Shown here piece by piece: positions 38,678 to 50,302 of a DNA stretch of 64,000 bases. The translations under genes and the position numbers were made by a program. Source of the stretch: Patescibacteria group bacterium. GTDB lineage: Bacteria; Patescibacteriota; Patescibacteriia; Buchananbacterales; SURF-54. The number at the start of each line of letters is the position of its first letter. The stretch's first letter is position 1. The notes under the pieces were generated by a model that saw only the letters and a program-made list of their open reading frames with translations, ran no database searches and had not been told where the DNA came from. The stretch covers positions 5,041 through 69,040 of the forward strand of contig JAHIRB010000018.1 of NCBI GenBank assembly GCA_018818885.1, read 5' to 3'.

Positions 38678-41293
38678 TTATATAAAGGTGACTGTTGCTA
38701 CAGAATCACCACCTTCTTTAAATCTCATCAACCTGACACCTTGAGTTGCTCTACCTATCACGTTAACTGTTTTAAGTGGCAATCTAATAACTTGCCCTTT
38801 TTTAGAAATAATAATTGCGTCTTCATCTACTGCTTTAGAATTTACTACACTAAAGTATACAATCTTTCCTGTCTTTGGGGTAATTTTCGCAGTTTTGATT
38901 CCAGAACCACCTCTACCTTGGGTTTTAAACGAACCTAGTACACTTCGTTTACCAAAACCATTTTCCATCACCACTAAAACTTGTCCAACTTTTGTCAAAA
39001 CTGAATCAATAATATCCATGCCTACAACATCGTCACCTGCTTTTAGTCGAATTCCTCTAACGCCACCAGCTCCTCTACCCATAGATCTAACACTTGATTC
39101 TTTGAATTTAATTGCTTGGCCGTCTGCTGTTACAAGCATGATGTCGTCTTTTCCTGTTGAAGGTTTTACCCATTCGAGTTCATCTTTTTTACGTAAGCGT
39201 ATAGCAATTAAACCTGAACGTCTTACATTATCAAGATCAGAAATAACAACTTTTTTAGTGAATCCATTCTTGGTAACCATGACTAAGAATTTATAATCTG
39301 CTAATTCAGTCAATGGTAATATCGAAGTTACCTTTTCGTCGGAACTAAGTTGCAAGAAATTTACAATTGCTTGTCCCTTTGAGGTTCTAGAAGTTTGTGG
39401 AATGTCGTAAGCTTTAAGTTGGAATACACGTCCGGTGGTAGTAAAAAATAGTACATCTGAATGTGTCATAGTAGTAAAGAAGTGTTCTACGAAGTCTTCT
39501 TCCTTAGTAGTTAATCCAATAACACCTTTACCACCACGCGTTTGTGTTTTAAAAGTATCAGGAGGTAGACGCTTAATATAACCAGCTTGCGTCATGGTAA
39601 TGATTGTTTCTTCGTTTGGAATTAAATCTTCTTGTTTAAATTCTTTGACACTGCCAGCAACAATTTCTGTTCTACGTTTATCGCCAAACTTTTCTTTTAT
39701 TTCGGTTAATTCTTTTTTGATTACACCCAAAATTTTTGCAGGAGATTTAAGTAGTGCTTCTAATTCTTTTATCAAATCTTTCTTTTCTTTTAGTTCTTGT
39801 TCCACCTTTAGTCTTTCAAGTCCAGCTAGTTGTTGCAACTTCATTTCCAAAATTGCCACGGATTGTCGTTCGGATAATTTAAATTTCTTAATCAAATTAA
39901 TTTTGGCAACTTCCCTATCTTTTGATTTTTTGATTGTACTTATGATGGCATCAATTTTTATTAGCGCCATCCTCAATCCTTCTAGAATATGTGCTCTATC
40001 TTTTGCTTTGGCTAGGTCGTATTCTGCTCTACGTCTGACCACTTCCTGTCTATGTTTAATATATTCTTCTAATACCATTTTCAACGTCAAAACTCGAGGC
40101 TGAATACCATCAACAAGCGCTAACATGTTGACGTGAAAAGTTGTCTGAAGATCAGTTAGTTTAAAAAGTCGATTTAAAATCTTTTTAGGATAAGTATCTT
40201 TTTTTAGTTCAATGACTACTCGTACTCCATCTTTTGAAGATTCATCACGTAAATCTTTTATACCTTCGATTTTTTTGTCTTTGATTAATTCTGCCAATCT
40301 TTCTAAAACAGTTGCCTTGTTAACTTGATACGGAACTTCTGATACAAGTATTCTATGTGCTCCTTTGTGTTCTACAATTTCAGTTTTTGCACGCATTACA
40401 ATGCCACCTTTTCCTGTGGCGTATGCTTGTTTTATTTCTTTTGCATCGTAAATAATAGCACCAGTTGGAAAATCTGGGCCTTTAACATACTGCATTAAAT
40501 CGTCTACGTTAGCATCTTTGTTATCAATTAAATGTATGATTGCATCAACTAGTTCTGATAGGTTATGCGGTGGGATATTGGTTGCCATTCCAACTGCAAT
40601 GCCTAAAGTACCGTTTAAGAGCAAGTTGGGCAGTTTTGCTGGCATGACTAGTGGTTCTTTTATGGTACCGTCGTAATTTGGACTAAAGTTAACGGTATCT
40701 TTATCAATATCATTTAAAAGTTCATCTGCAATACTTTCAAGTTTTGCTTCTGTGTAACGCATAGCAGCAGCGCGGTCGCCATCCATAGAACCAAAATTAC
40801 CTTGGCCATTAACCAAGGGATAACGTAAGGAAAATTCTTGTGCCATCCTAACCATGGAATCGTAAACTGCAGTATCACCATGAGGATGGTATTTACCTAA
40901 AACTTCACCAACTACTGTAGCAGATTTTCTAAACTTCGCAGAAGATCTAAGACCAATAGTCCACATAGCATATAAAATACGTCTGTGAACTGGTTTTAAA
41001 CCGTCACGCACATCTGGTAAAGCGCGAGCAACAATAACAGACATAGCATAGTCGAGATAGCTTTCTTTTACCTCGTCCACAATGGGTCGTTTTTGCACTT
41101 TACCGACACCTGCTTGTTCTACAACTCCGTTTACAGTCAAAGCTTGTTCTAGTGGAGCTTCTTTTGGTTTTTCAGCCTTCTTGTTTTTAGGTTTAGCACT
41201 AGCTTGCTTTTTGGAAGCAGGCTTTTTGGTGGGCTGTTTTCCGCCAGAGGCGGATCGGCCTTTGGAGGATTTAGTTGTTTTATTCTTCGGCAT
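38678..41293 (-). CDS. gyrA: DNA gyrase subunit A
   Basis: [35 protein letters not shown] GyrA-box, beta-pinwheel repeats. Confidence 0.98.
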   Translation of the reverse strand: MPKNKTTKSSKGRSASGGKQPTKKPASKKQASAKPKNKKAEKPKEAPLEQALTVNGVVEQAGVGKVQKRPIVDEVKESYLDYAMSVIVARALPDVRDGLKPVHRRILYAMWTIGLRSSAKFRKSATVVGEVLGKYHPHGDTAVYDSMVRMAQEFSLRYPLVNGQGNFGSMDGDRAAAMRYTEAKLESIADELLNDIDKDTVNFSPNYDGTIKEPLVMPAKLPNLLLNGTLGIAVGMATNIPPHNLSELVDAIIHLIDNKDANVDDLMQYVKGPDFPTGAIIYDAKEIKQAYATGKGGIVMRAKTEIVEHKGAHRILVSEVPYQVNKATVLERLAELIKDKKIEGIKDLRDESSKDGVRVVIELKKDTYPKKILNRLFKLTDLQTTFHVNMLALVDGIQPRVLTLKMVLEEYIKHRQEVVRRRAEYDLAKAKDRAHILEGLRMALIKIDAIISTIKKSKDREVAKINLIKKFKLSERQSVAILEMKLQQLAGLERLKVEQELKEKKDLIKELEALLKSPAKILGVIKKELTEIKEKFGDKRRTEIVAGSVKEFKQEDLIPNEETIITMTQAGYIKRLPPDTFKTQTRGGKGVIGLTTKEEDFVEHFFTTMTHSDVLFFTTTGRVFQLKAYDIPQTSRTSKGQAIVNFLQLSSDEKVTSILPLTELADYKFLVMVTKNGFTKKVVISDLDNVRRSGLIAIRLRKKDELEWVKPSTGKDDIMLVTADGQAIKFKESSVRSMGRGAGGVRGIRLKAGDDVVGMDIIDSVLTKVGQVLVVMENGFGKRSVLGSFKTQGRGGSGIKTAKITPKTGKIVYFSVVNSKAVDEDAIIISKKGQVIRLPLKTVNVIGRATQGVRLMRFKEGGDSVATVTFI

Positions 41294-42041
41294 TATTTAA
41301 GTTAGTAAATTGTATTGTTGAAATAATATTATTTTGATTTTTGCATGCTTGCTGATTATTGCATCTAAAAATATAAGTGTTTTTATTGTTATCGATTAAT
41401 ATGCTACGCACTTTAATTTTATCTATATCACCTGTGAGTGCAGGAATTTCGTATTCAATTATGGTAAAATCGTTTTGTCCATATGTTACAGATGTCACCT
41501 CAGTGTTTTCATATTTTTTTAGAATATCTGCAATTTTAACACCTAGTGTGGTAGAAGAAATTTCCAATACAATTTCTACTGGGCAATTATCGTACATTGG
41601 AGTTTTCCCAAAACTCGTGATATTTTCGTTTTTTATAAATTCGTAATCAGGTGGGTATTTAAATGTGATTCTTTCATTTTCATCATTGTAAATTTGCCAG
41701 TCTGGATTATTTGCTAACGCTTTTTTTATTTTTTGAATTTGTTCTGGAGTTAGAAGTAGTTCGCTTTCTATACCCGCGAGGTTTTGTTCTTGATCTAATT
41801 CGGTTTTAATTTCTTCGAATTGCTGTTTTGCTTCGTTGAATACATCTCCTAGCTCATCAGCTACTTGTTGTAATTGGCTTGGTTGATTTTGGTCTTGTTT
41901 AGTTGATTTAGAAAAATTAAAAGCTAAACTTATCAACCAAATGATAATTATGATTGCGGTCAAAACCATTACAGAAATAAACAGGATCTGTTTTCTTACA
42001 GCCAAAGGAAGTTTTTCGATTTTTGATTGCTTCTTTGGCAT
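41280..42041 (-). CDS. hypothetical membrane-anchored protein
   Basis: N-terminal TM, W..Y....ITFKYP motif typical of PsbP-like extracellular domains. Confidence 0.65.
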   Translation of the reverse strand: MPKKQSKIEKLPLAVRKQILFISVMVLTAIIIIIWLISLAFNFSKSTKQDQNQPSQLQQVADELGDVFNEAKQQFEEIKTELDQEQNLAGIESELLLTPEQIQKIKKALANNPDWQIYNDENERITFKYPPDYEFIKNENITSFGKTPMYDNCPVEIVLEISSTTLGVKIADILKKYENTEVTSVTYGQNDFTIIEYEIPALTGDIDKIKVRSILIDNNKNTYIFRCNNQQACKNQNNIISTIQFTNLNNAEE

Positions 42042-42151
42042 ACCTGGTAGTGAAAATTTAATAATTAATATTTATGTAATTATATAGTATTAAATTTTTT
42101 ATTCATCCCCGATAATAAAGAGAAACTGATTAAATTTCTACTACCGGGCAT
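42040..42151. mobile_element. MITE-like element, copy 2
   Basis: ATACCTGGTAGTGAAAATTTAAT ... ATTAAATTTCTACTACCGGGCAT. Confidence 0.7.
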
Positions 42152-42159
42152 ATGAATTT

Positions 42160-42810
42160 TTAGGTATTAGCCAAAACAAATACTTTCATTTCTTCTGTTG
42201 GTAAATCTTTTTTTGTAATTTTTAATTTTGGCATTTTATCTGTTGAACACACCCCAATTTCTTTACAGAATTTATCAATGGATTCTAAATTTACTTTTAA
42301 TCCCTTCACTTTATAATGCATAGGTATTACTATTCTTGGTTCAATTTGCGAAATTACTTGCGAAGCCTCCTTGGCATTAATGGTATATGTTCCCCCTACA
42401 GGAATCATCAAAATATCTACACTTTTTAATTTTTCAAGCTGGCCATTGGATAGATTATGTCCTAAATCACCAAGATGAACCAAACTCATACCCTCTGCTT
42501 CTATACGATAAATAGTGTTTGTTCCTCTATCTGTTCCTTCCTTTGTGTCGTGATACGAAGGTATGCCGTAAATAAAAACTCCTTTTGCTTCGTATTCGCC
42601 TGGACCAGATACAATAAATGGTTTTTCACCCTCAATTCCTCGAATTGCAGAGATATTATTATGATCTTTGTGGTCGTGTGTAACCAAAACTAAATTAGCA
42701 CCAAAGTGTGGTACTTTTAACCCAATACTATTATCATATGGATCAATAGCTAAGATTGTATTGTTGGTTTGAATCTTAAAACAAGCTTGACCCAACCATG
42801 TGATTTGCAT
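42160..42810 (-). CDS. MBL-fold metallo-hydrolase
   Basis: THDHKDHN, HLGDLG, IPVGG, IPMHY. Confidence 0.92.
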   Translation of the reverse strand: MQITWLGQACFKIQTNNTILAIDPYDNSIGLKVPHFGANLVLVTHDHKDHNNISAIRGIEGEKPFIVSGPGEYEAKGVFIYGIPSYHDTKEGTDRGTNTIYRIEAEGMSLVHLGDLGHNLSNGQLEKLKSVDILMIPVGGTYTINAKEASQVISQIEPRIVIPMHYKVKGLKVNLESIDKFCKEIGVCSTDKMPKLKITKKDLPTEEMKVFVLANT

Positions 42811-43198
42811 AGGTTACAAATTACGAATTAATACGAATATACGAATAGGCTTAAATTTCGCATTTGTATATTTGTATGTATTCGTAATTCGTACATTCTA
42901 ACGAAAAATTCGGGCTATAAACCCACTACTATTTTAACATATTTTACTCTTTTTTTAAAGACCATTTGTGGGTATTTTGTGGTTAAATAATTGGCTAAAT
43001 TAAGATAAAATAATTAAGATATTTCAGACATTCAAACTAGTCTTTTGCAACTTTTCTTACTTGACATAAATATCATTATACTATAGTATAAAATGTACCT
43101 GTAAATTATAAATTTCATAAGCTAATTAATCCCGCAAAGTGGGAGCTTGGTTCACAGAATTGAATCGGGTTAAAGCAATTTTTTTTATTGCATTATTT

Positions 43199-44581
43199 AT
43201 GACTAAAACTACAGATACCAAGAGTAAAAAAACAATTGATGACTCACAAAAAAGCGAGTTTAAGAAGTTAATGGAAACTGGTGATTTTGTTAAATTGCCA
43301 AATGTTGGTGATTTAGTAAAAGGTAAATTAATTACAATTTCCAAGTCCGAAGCTCATGTTGATATTGACGGCCTAACAACAGGTATTGTACGAGGACGCG
43401 AATTTTTTGATGAAGCCTCAGAAGCCAAAGGATTAAAACCCGGTGATGTTGTAGAAGCAACTGTTTTAGAATTAGAAAATGAAAACGGAGAAATGGAACT
43501 TAGTTTTAGATATGCTGGACATCAAAAAGCTTGGGAAGAATTAAATAAATTTTTAGAATCTGGTGAAGTAGTCAAGGCCAAGATTATGGATGCCAATAAG
43601 GGTGGTCTAATGGTCAAGATAAATATGGTGCAAGGATTTTTACCTGTTTCTCAACTTTCAACAGAACACTACCCACGTGTGCCTGGTGGAGATAAGAATA
43701 AAATTTTAGAAAGATTAAAATCATACATTGGACAAAGTTTTAATGTTAAAATTATTACTGCACAAGACGAAGAAGACAAACTTATAGTATCTGAAAAATC
43801 TGTTTGGGATGAACAGCAAAAAGATATTATTGCTAAGTTTAAAGTTGGAGAAAAGGTTGAAACAAAAATTACCGCAGTTACAGATTTTGGAGTTTTTGTT
43901 GAATTTGGTGAAAAGTTAGAAGGCTTAGTTCATATTTCCGAACTTGCATGGCAAAGAATTGATGACCCTAGATTACATTTTAAAGTTGGAGAAAAGAAAA
44001 AAGCAGAAATTATTACTGTTGATGGATCTAAAATATTTCTTTCCTTTAGAAAATTAATTCAAGATCCTTGGCACGATGTAGATAAAAAATACAAAATAGG
44101 ACAAATTGTAAAAGGAAAAGTTATCAAAACAAATCCATTTGGAGTGTTTGTAGAACTTGATGCTGATATTCATGGCCTAGCTCACATATCCGAACTTGCA
44201 GATAAACCAATTGCTAATCCAGACGAAATTGCAAAACCAGGCGATATGTTAAATTTTAAAATCTTATCTATAGAACCAGTCAATCACAGACTAGGCCTAA
44301 GTCTAAAAGGTGCAAAAGCAAAGTCAAAAACATTATCTAAGCAAGAAGTAAAGTCAGGCGAGGAAGTTAAGCAAGATGGAGAAAAGCCGAAATTAGTCGA
44401 AAAGGTTGATGCAGTTAATACAGTTGATAAAGATCAGGAGCAAAAAAAAGTTTCTGAAAAGTCAGAAACAAAAAAAGAGAAGTTAGATTCCAAAAGTCCT
44501 TCGACAAGCTCAGGACAAGAGAAAAAATCAGATACCAAAAGTAAAAAAGCTGGCAACAGCAAGGATGATGGCAAGAAATAA
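43199..44581 (+). CDS. rpsA: 30S ribosomal protein S1 (four S1 domains, long charged tail)
   Basis: repeated FGVFV..GLVHISEL S1 motifs; ATG 43199 preferred. Confidence 0.92.
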   Translation: MTKTTDTKSKKTIDDSQKSEFKKLMETGDFVKLPNVGDLVKGKLITISKSEAHVDIDGLTTGIVRGREFFDEASEAKGLKPGDVVEATVLELENENGEMELSFRYAGHQKAWEELNKFLESGEVVKAKIMDANKGGLMVKINMVQGFLPVSQLSTEHYPRVPGGDKNKILERLKSYIGQSFNVKIITAQDEEDKLIVSEKSVWDEQQKDIIAKFKVGEKVETKITAVTDFGVFVEFGEKLEGLVHISELAWQRIDDPRLHFKVGEKKKAEIITVDGSKIFLSFRKLIQDPWHDVDKKYKIGQIVKGKVIKTNPFGVFVELDADIHGLAHISELADKPIANPDEIAKPGDMLNFKILSIEPVNHRLGLSLKGAKAKSKTLSKQEVKSGEEVKQDGEKPKLVEKVDAVNTVDKDQEQKKVSEKSETKKEKLDSKSPSTSSGQEKKSDTKSKKAGNSKDDGKK

Positions 44582-45109
44582 CGAAATTAGTGCATAAGGA
44601 AACAACATAGCAGCATTAAGATATAAAGCTAAAAGAATTAAAACAAGGCCTACTACTTGCATAAACATCTTAAACTTTCCCCAGATATTTGCCGAAATAT
44701 CAATACCTCTTTTTCTTCTGCTCCAACCAGTAATAATAAACGCAAATTCAAAAATAATTACTGTCATGGTAGTCCAAAAAAAGTATTTTATGGCAACGAT
44801 AATCAATGATGACCCAATTAGTAGTTTATCTGCTAAGGGGTCGAATGCTTTACCCCAGTCTGTAATTTGATTTCTTGTTCTTGCCATGGAGCCATCAATA
44901 GCATCAGTTAAAGCTACACCAATTAAGAAAGGTACACCAATTGAATAGTTTTCTAGCCATAAAAGATAAACAACAATTGGGGATAGTACAAATCGTAATA
45001 TTGTGACATGATTTGGCTTAATCCATTTTGGGATAAATGGCAAAATTGTGTATTTAAGAATAAAGTCTTGCGGATACAATTTTGGGCTAGAATTAGATAA
45101 GTTTTGCAT
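44528..45109 (-). CDS. CDP-alcohol phosphatidyltransferase (PgsA-like)
   Basis: PNHVTILR, DAIDGSMAR..TDWGKAFDPLADK. Confidence 0.9.
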   Translation of the reverse strand: MQNLSNSSPKLYPQDFILKYTILPFIPKWIKPNHVTILRFVLSPIVVYLLWLENYSIGVPFLIGVALTDAIDGSMARTRNQITDWGKAFDPLADKLLIGSSLIIVAIKYFFWTTMTVIIFEFAFIITGWSRRKRGIDISANIWGKFKMFMQVVGLVLILLALYLNAAMLFPYALISLFLAIILAVASFFTFGI

Positions 45110-45192
45110 ATTAATATCATTATACGTTCAATCTACATCTTTTACAACTTACTTGTTCAAAATAAAAAAAAATAGTATAATCAAAATACTTT

Positions 45193-47025
45193 ATGCGACA
45201 ATTTTCAAAAAACTTTCTTATATTTTTGATCATCTTTTTTGTTTTGGCTGGTTTAGCAAGTATGCTAACCCCTTCTTTAGAAAAACAAGATAAAACGGAT
45301 ATCTCAACCTTGATAGCTCAAATAAACAACGAAGAGGTAGAATCTATTGAAGTTTCTGGCAATAAATTAACAATAAAGTTAAATGATGGGACTAAAGAAA
45401 CAGTTCAAAAAGAAGGAGCAGAATCATTAACAGCGCTGCTAAAAAATTACGAGGTATCAAGCGCCAAAATTCAAAAAATAGATATAGCAGTAAAAGATGA
45501 AAGTGGGCTGGCTTTTTGGTTAATTACTCTTTCGCCAATTTTGATTCCCCTTTTGCTTTTTATAGGTATCATATACTTTATGATGAGGCAGGTTCAGGGT
45601 GCTAATTCACGTGCAATGATGTTTGGAAAAAGTAAAGCAAGAGAAGTATCAAATCAACTAACCACAAAAGAAAAAACCACCTTCAAAGATGTTGCAGGTG
45701 TTAAGGAAGCTAAGGAAGAATTAGATGAAGTAGTCGATTTTTTAAAAAATCCAAAAAAGTTTATTAACGTAGGAGCTAAAATTCCTAAAGGTGTGTTACT
45801 GGTTGGTCCTCCTGGCACAGGAAAAACATTGCTTGCTAAAGCGGTGTCTGGTGAAGCTGGAGTGCCATTTTTTAATATCTCTGGTTCTGAATTTGTAGAA
45901 ATGTTTGTGGGTGTTGGAGCGTCTCGCGTTAGGGATTTGTTTCATAAGGCAAAGAAGAGCTCTCCTTGTATTGTTTTTATTGATGAACTCGACGCAGTTG
46001 GGCGTCAAAGAGGTGCAGGATTGGGTGGATCAAACGACGAACGTGAACAAACTCTAAATCAGATATTAGTTGAAATGGATGGTTTTGATGTAAACACAAA
46101 CATTATTGTGATAGCAGCAACTAATCGTCCTGATGTTTTGGATGCTGCACTACTACGTCCAGGCAGATTTGATCGTAGAGTTGTTCTAGATTTTCCAGAT
46201 ATTGCAGATAGAGAAGCAATTCTAAAAGTACATGCAAAAAATAAACCAATAGTTAAAGAAGTTGATCTTAGAAAAATCGCTGCACGTACCCCAGGCTTTA
46301 CAGGAGCAGATTTAGCAAATCTTTTAAACGAAGCTGCTATTTTAACAGCCAGAAAAGATAAGAAACAAGTAGACGAAACAGCAATTTTAGAAAGTATCGA
46401 AAAAGTAATGCTTGGCCCAGAAAGAAAAAGCCATATTCTTAATGAACAGGAAAGAAAAATAACTGCCTATCACGAAGCTGGTCACGCCTTGGTGGCACAT
46501 GAACTACCTAATGCAGATCCAGTACATAAAGTTTCCATAGTATCACGTGGACGCGCAGCTGGTTACACCTTAAAATTACCAACCGAAGATAAACATCTTC
46601 ATACTAGAGCAGAATTTATTGATGATTTAGCCGTCTTTTTAGCAGGCCATACTACAGAAAAAGAAATTTTTGGTGATATCTCTACAGGTGCATCAAACGA
46701 TCTAAAGCAAGCTACGCGCTTAGCTCGAAGATTGATTATGGAATATGGTATGTCAGAAAATTTAGTTCCAAGAACATTTGGTGAAAAAGAAGAATTAATA
46801 TTTCTGGGGAGAGAAATACACGAACAACGCGATTATAGTGAAAAAGTAGCAGAAGTTATTGATGAAGAAATTAGTCACTTAATTAGCGAAGCCAGAAAAA
46901 CAGCCTTAAATATTATCAAAAAGAAAAAAACAAAATTAGAAGAAATTGTTAAAATATTACTAGAGAAAGAAGCTATAGAAAAAGATGAGTTTGAAAAAAT
47001 ATTTGGCAAAAAAACAAAAGAATAA
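45193..47025 (+). CDS. ftsH: ATP-dependent zinc metalloprotease FtsH
   Basis: [26 protein letters not shown]. Confidence 0.98.
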   Translation: MRQFSKNFLIFLIIFFVLAGLASMLTPSLEKQDKTDISTLIAQINNEEVESIEVSGNKLTIKLNDGTKETVQKEGAESLTALLKNYEVSSAKIQKIDIAVKDESGLAFWLITLSPILIPLLLFIGIIYFMMRQVQGANSRAMMFGKSKAREVSNQLTTKEKTTFKDVAGVKEAKEELDEVVDFLKNPKKFINVGAKIPKGVLLVGPPGTGKTLLAKAVSGEAGVPFFNISGSEFVEMFVGVGASRVRDLFHKAKKSSPCIVFIDELDAVGRQRGAGLGGSNDEREQTLNQILVEMDGFDVNTNIIVIAATNRPDVLDAALLRPGRFDRRVVLDFPDIADREAILKVHAKNKPIVKEVDLRKIAARTPGFTGADLANLLNEAAILTARKDKKQVDETAILESIEKVMLGPERKSHILNEQERKITAYHEAGHALVAHELPNADPVHKVSIVSRGRAAGYTLKLPTEDKHLHTRAEFIDDLAVFLAGHTTEKEIFGDISTGASNDLKQATRLARRLIMEYGMSENLVPRTFGEKEELIFLGREIHEQRDYSEKVAEVIDEEISHLISEARKTALNIIKKKKTKLEEIVKILLEKEAIEKDEFEKIFGKKTKE

Positions 47026-47040
47026 ATAAAACATCATTAT

Positions 47041-48003
47041 ATGACTACCTACAAAGAAGTTTTCAAAAAATCTTTTAAATTAGCTTGGAAACCTAAAAGT
47101 ATATGGATTTATGGTTTATTCGCTTCTTTTTTAGGTATTGGAGGAAGTGTAGCAAAAAGTATGGATTTAACTGGTAGCCGTAATATTTTGATAAATTTAT
47201 TGCAAACACTCATAGAGGTTAACTTTTTTTCTTTACAAGCTTTAAAAAACATACCAACGGTTTTTGCACAAAGTCCAATTTCTGTTACTATTTCAGTTTT
47301 GATTTTTTTAATTGTTACAGTTTTGACAATTATTTTGTTGATTTTAGCAATTGTATCACAATCAACTCTTATTAATACAATATATAAAAAGAGTATAGGC
47401 AAAAAAGTAAGTTATATCGAGGGAATTTCTTTTGGACTAAATAATTTTTGGCCAATACTTGGGTTAAATGTGATAACGCGAGCCGTAGGATTTATTGCTT
47501 TTATGTTTTTAGTCTATGTCGTCGCAGCTAGCAGACCATCACTTTTTGTTCCTCTGGGTATAATATATATTATTTTAGTTTTGATCACAGTTGTGATTTC
47601 ATTTGTTATACGTTATGCAACCTGCCACCTCGTTATTAATGGTGATACATTTAAAAATTCCCTTCACAAAGGAAAAGAACTATTTCTTTCGAACTGGCTA
47701 ATTACCTTCGAAGTAGCATTAATGTTGTTGATTATCCAGATGGTATTTGTTTTTTTGTTGTATCTTTTGATAAAAATTGATACCTTTGTTTTATACATAA
47801 TTTTTGTAGCAACAAATTTATTACAAGCTGCTGGTGCTTCAAACTTTGTACTCTTTTTAGTTTTGTTTACAGTTACATTAATTACTTTGCTTTTTTTAAG
47901 TTTCTTTACAGTTCTTGCATGGTCTGTATGGACAGAGCTAACCTTAGAGCTAGAGAAGGGAAATATTACAAGTAAAATCAAGAGTTGGTTGAAGATAGCT
48001 TAG
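47041..48003 (+). CDS. multi-pass membrane protein
   Basis: 320 aa, about six hydrophobic helices. Confidence 0.7.
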   Translation: MTTYKEVFKKSFKLAWKPKSIWIYGLFASFLGIGGSVAKSMDLTGSRNILINLLQTLIEVNFFSLQALKNIPTVFAQSPISVTISVLIFLIVTVLTIILLILAIVSQSTLINTIYKKSIGKKVSYIEGISFGLNNFWPILGLNVITRAVGFIAFMFLVYVVAASRPSLFVPLGIIYIILVLITVVISFVIRYATCHLVINGDTFKNSLHKGKELFLSNWLITFEVALMLLIIQMVFVFLLYLLIKIDTFVLYIIFVATNLLQAAGASNFVLFLVLFTVTLITLLFLSFFTVLAWSVWTELTLELEKGNITSKIKSWLKIA

Positions 48004-48103
48004 CATATATCTTTAGATTATTATAAACACCAGGTTAGTTCCTGGTGTTTTTACTTGTAAGAATTACTAAAAAAAACTATAATTAAAGTAAGTATAATAA
48101 TAT

Positions 48104-49834
48104 ATGACTCAAATAAATCCAAAAGCTCCCCTGCCTTCTAATATGCCAGAGATATCATCAGAAGAGGTAAAAGAAAAGTATAAAAAGAAAATGTTTGATA
48201 TTCGTATTAGACAGAAAGAAACAGAATCTAACGAAATTGCCAGACAGATGGGTATACAACATATTAATTTAAAAGCTTTTCCTATTAGTCCGGAAACTTT
48301 AACTACGATAGAAGAAGAAACTTCTAAAAAACTTCAAGCGATTTGTTTTTATCGTGATGACGATGCTATTAGGATAGGTGCAGTAGATCCAACTACAGCA
48401 GGAGTCAAAGAGGAAATTGAAGCAATTAAAGAAAGGACTGCCAAAAAAATTGTAGTTTATAAAATTTCCGAACACAGCTATGATCTTGCCTTTAAGTTGT
48501 ATGCCGTACTGCCAAAATTTAGAGAAGTATTAACAGGTGTAGAAATAACAGAAGCAGATGTTAAGCGATTTGAACAAGAACTCAAAACTTTTAAAGATTT
48601 AAGCACAGCACTTGAAAGAATAAATTTAACAGATATGGTTGCTTTGATTATCGCAGGAGCTATAAAAGTAGCTGCCTCTGATATCCATATCGAAGCAGAA
48701 TCAAAGGAAATAAAAATACGTTACAGAATTGATGGATTTTTACACGACGCTGCAACAATAAAAAAATCTTTATGGACTAAAATAATCGCTAGAGTAAAAC
48801 TTGTTGCACATCTAAAAATTAATGTTACCGATCGGCCTCAAGATGGACGATTTACAATTTTTATGGGAGAAGAACAAATTGATGTTAGAGTATCTACTGT
48901 ACCAACTGCTTACGGCGAAAGTGTAGTTATGAGAATTTTGATTTCTTCTAAACAAGGCTTAGCTTTTGAGGATTTAGGTTTAAGAGGTAAAGCTTTTATT
49001 GATCTAGAAGCAGAAGTGAAAAAACCAAATGGCATGATTATTGCCACGGGTCCAACTGGTTCTGGTAAAACCACTACACTCTATTCAATTTTAATGAAGG
49101 TAAACACACCAGGAAATAAAATATTAACTTTAGAAGACCCTGTTGAATATAGAATTTCAGGTATTTCACAAAGCCAAGTTGATGCATCTAAAGAATATAC
49201 TTTTGCCAAAGGCTTGCGTTCACTTCTTAGACAAGATCCAGACATAATTATGGTTGGTGAGGTTAGAGATTTAGAAACTGCAGACATATCAATTAACGCA
49301 GCACTAACTGGTCATCTTGTTACAACAACTTTGCACACTAACGATGCCTCTGGTGCAATTCCGCGTTTAATAGCAATGGGAGTAAAATCATTTTTATTAC
49401 CACCCGCACTTAATGCAATCATTGGACAAAGGCTTGTACGTAAGATTTGTCCTAAATGTAAAACAGAAATTGAGTTAGACAACAAATTAATGTCTACGGT
49501 AATGAAAATAATTGATATGATCCCTCAGGAATCTGGAACAAAACCAAAGAGTTTAAAAAATTTACAATTTTATAAAGGTAAAGGATGCGATTATTGCCAA
49601 GGTATTGGTTATAAAGGAAGAATTGGTATTTTTGAAATCATGACTATGAATCACGAATATGAACCTCTAATACTTTCTGGTCAGGTTTCAGAATACGATT
49701 TAAAAAAGATTGCTTTAAAGCATGGCATGGTAACCATGGTGCAAGATGGATTGCTTAAAGCAATGGACGGTTTAACATCAGTTGAAGAAGTATTTAGAGT
49801 AGCAAAAGATATTTCTGGTTTGTTGGGTGATTAA
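48104..49834 (+). CDS. pilB: PilB/GspE-family pilus assembly ATPase
   Basis: ASDIHIE, RPQDGR, GPTGSGKTT, LRQDPD, CPKC/CDYC zinc motif. Confidence 0.93.
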   Translation: MTQINPKAPLPSNMPEISSEEVKEKYKKKMFDIRIRQKETESNEIARQMGIQHINLKAFPISPETLTTIEEETSKKLQAICFYRDDDAIRIGAVDPTTAGVKEEIEAIKERTAKKIVVYKISEHSYDLAFKLYAVLPKFREVLTGVEITEADVKRFEQELKTFKDLSTALERINLTDMVALIIAGAIKVAASDIHIEAESKEIKIRYRIDGFLHDAATIKKSLWTKIIARVKLVAHLKINVTDRPQDGRFTIFMGEEQIDVRVSTVPTAYGESVVMRILISSKQGLAFEDLGLRGKAFIDLEAEVKKPNGMIIATGPTGSGKTTTLYSILMKVNTPGNKILTLEDPVEYRISGISQSQVDASKEYTFAKGLRSLLRQDPDIIMVGEVRDLETADISINAALTGHLVTTTLHTNDASGAIPRLIAMGVKSFLLPPALNAIIGQRLVRKICPKCKTEIELDNKLMSTVMKIIDMIPQESGTKPKSLKNLQFYKGKGCDYCQGIGYKGRIGIFEIMTMNHEYEPLILSGQVSEYDLKKIALKHGMVTMVQDGLLKAMDGLTSVEEVFRVAKDISGLLGD

Positions 49835-49945
49835 ATCAACTAAAAAAACACCTTGATAGTTTATAGGTGTTTTTTGTATTGAGGGATTGACATATAAATG
49901 ATATTTTGATAAGATTTTTTTGCGCGTTTAGAGAGGGGTGGAAAA

Positions 49946-50302
49946 TTGAAAAGCCAGAGTACAAAGAAGAAAGTGTCGAAGCGAATGATAAGAGTCTTAA
50001 CTTTAAGTAATATTCTTAAATTATTTCCCAAAACTCCAGAAGGCAGAAGGGCTAAGAATGCATTTCTGCAGCATTGTAAAAACTATTACCTTGAGAGAAA
50101 AAGGATGGAACAAGATCAGATTGCTAATCAAGAAACAAAAAATCCACAACGTGCAATATATCATGGACAAATTATGTCAATATTTGCATTATTACGACTA
50201 GTGCCCGGTGCAGAAAAAAAATGTCCTGCCTATAGCAAGGATCAAGTCGGTGATGCAGTAATGAAATGGTTTGCTATCAATGGCTCAGTAGATTCAAGCT
50301 GA
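49946..50302 (+). CDS. hypothetical protein, homologous to the convergent 50294-50803 gene
   Basis: TTGACA-17-TAAGAT promoter at 49887, GAGGGG SD; shared FPxTxxGRxAKxxFLxxC motif. Confidence 0.65.
   Translation: MKSQSTKKKVSKRMIRVLTLSNILKLFPKTPEGRRAKNAFLQHCKNYYLERKRMEQDQIANQETKNPQRAIYHGQIMSIFALLRLVPGAEKKCPAYSKDQVGDAVMKWFAINGSVDSS

Noticed and set aside
38895-40103. Long antisense ORFs within gyrA (similar ones in infB, rny, corA, tsaD)
   Set aside because: Shadow frames of strongly biased coding sequence with no independent signals.
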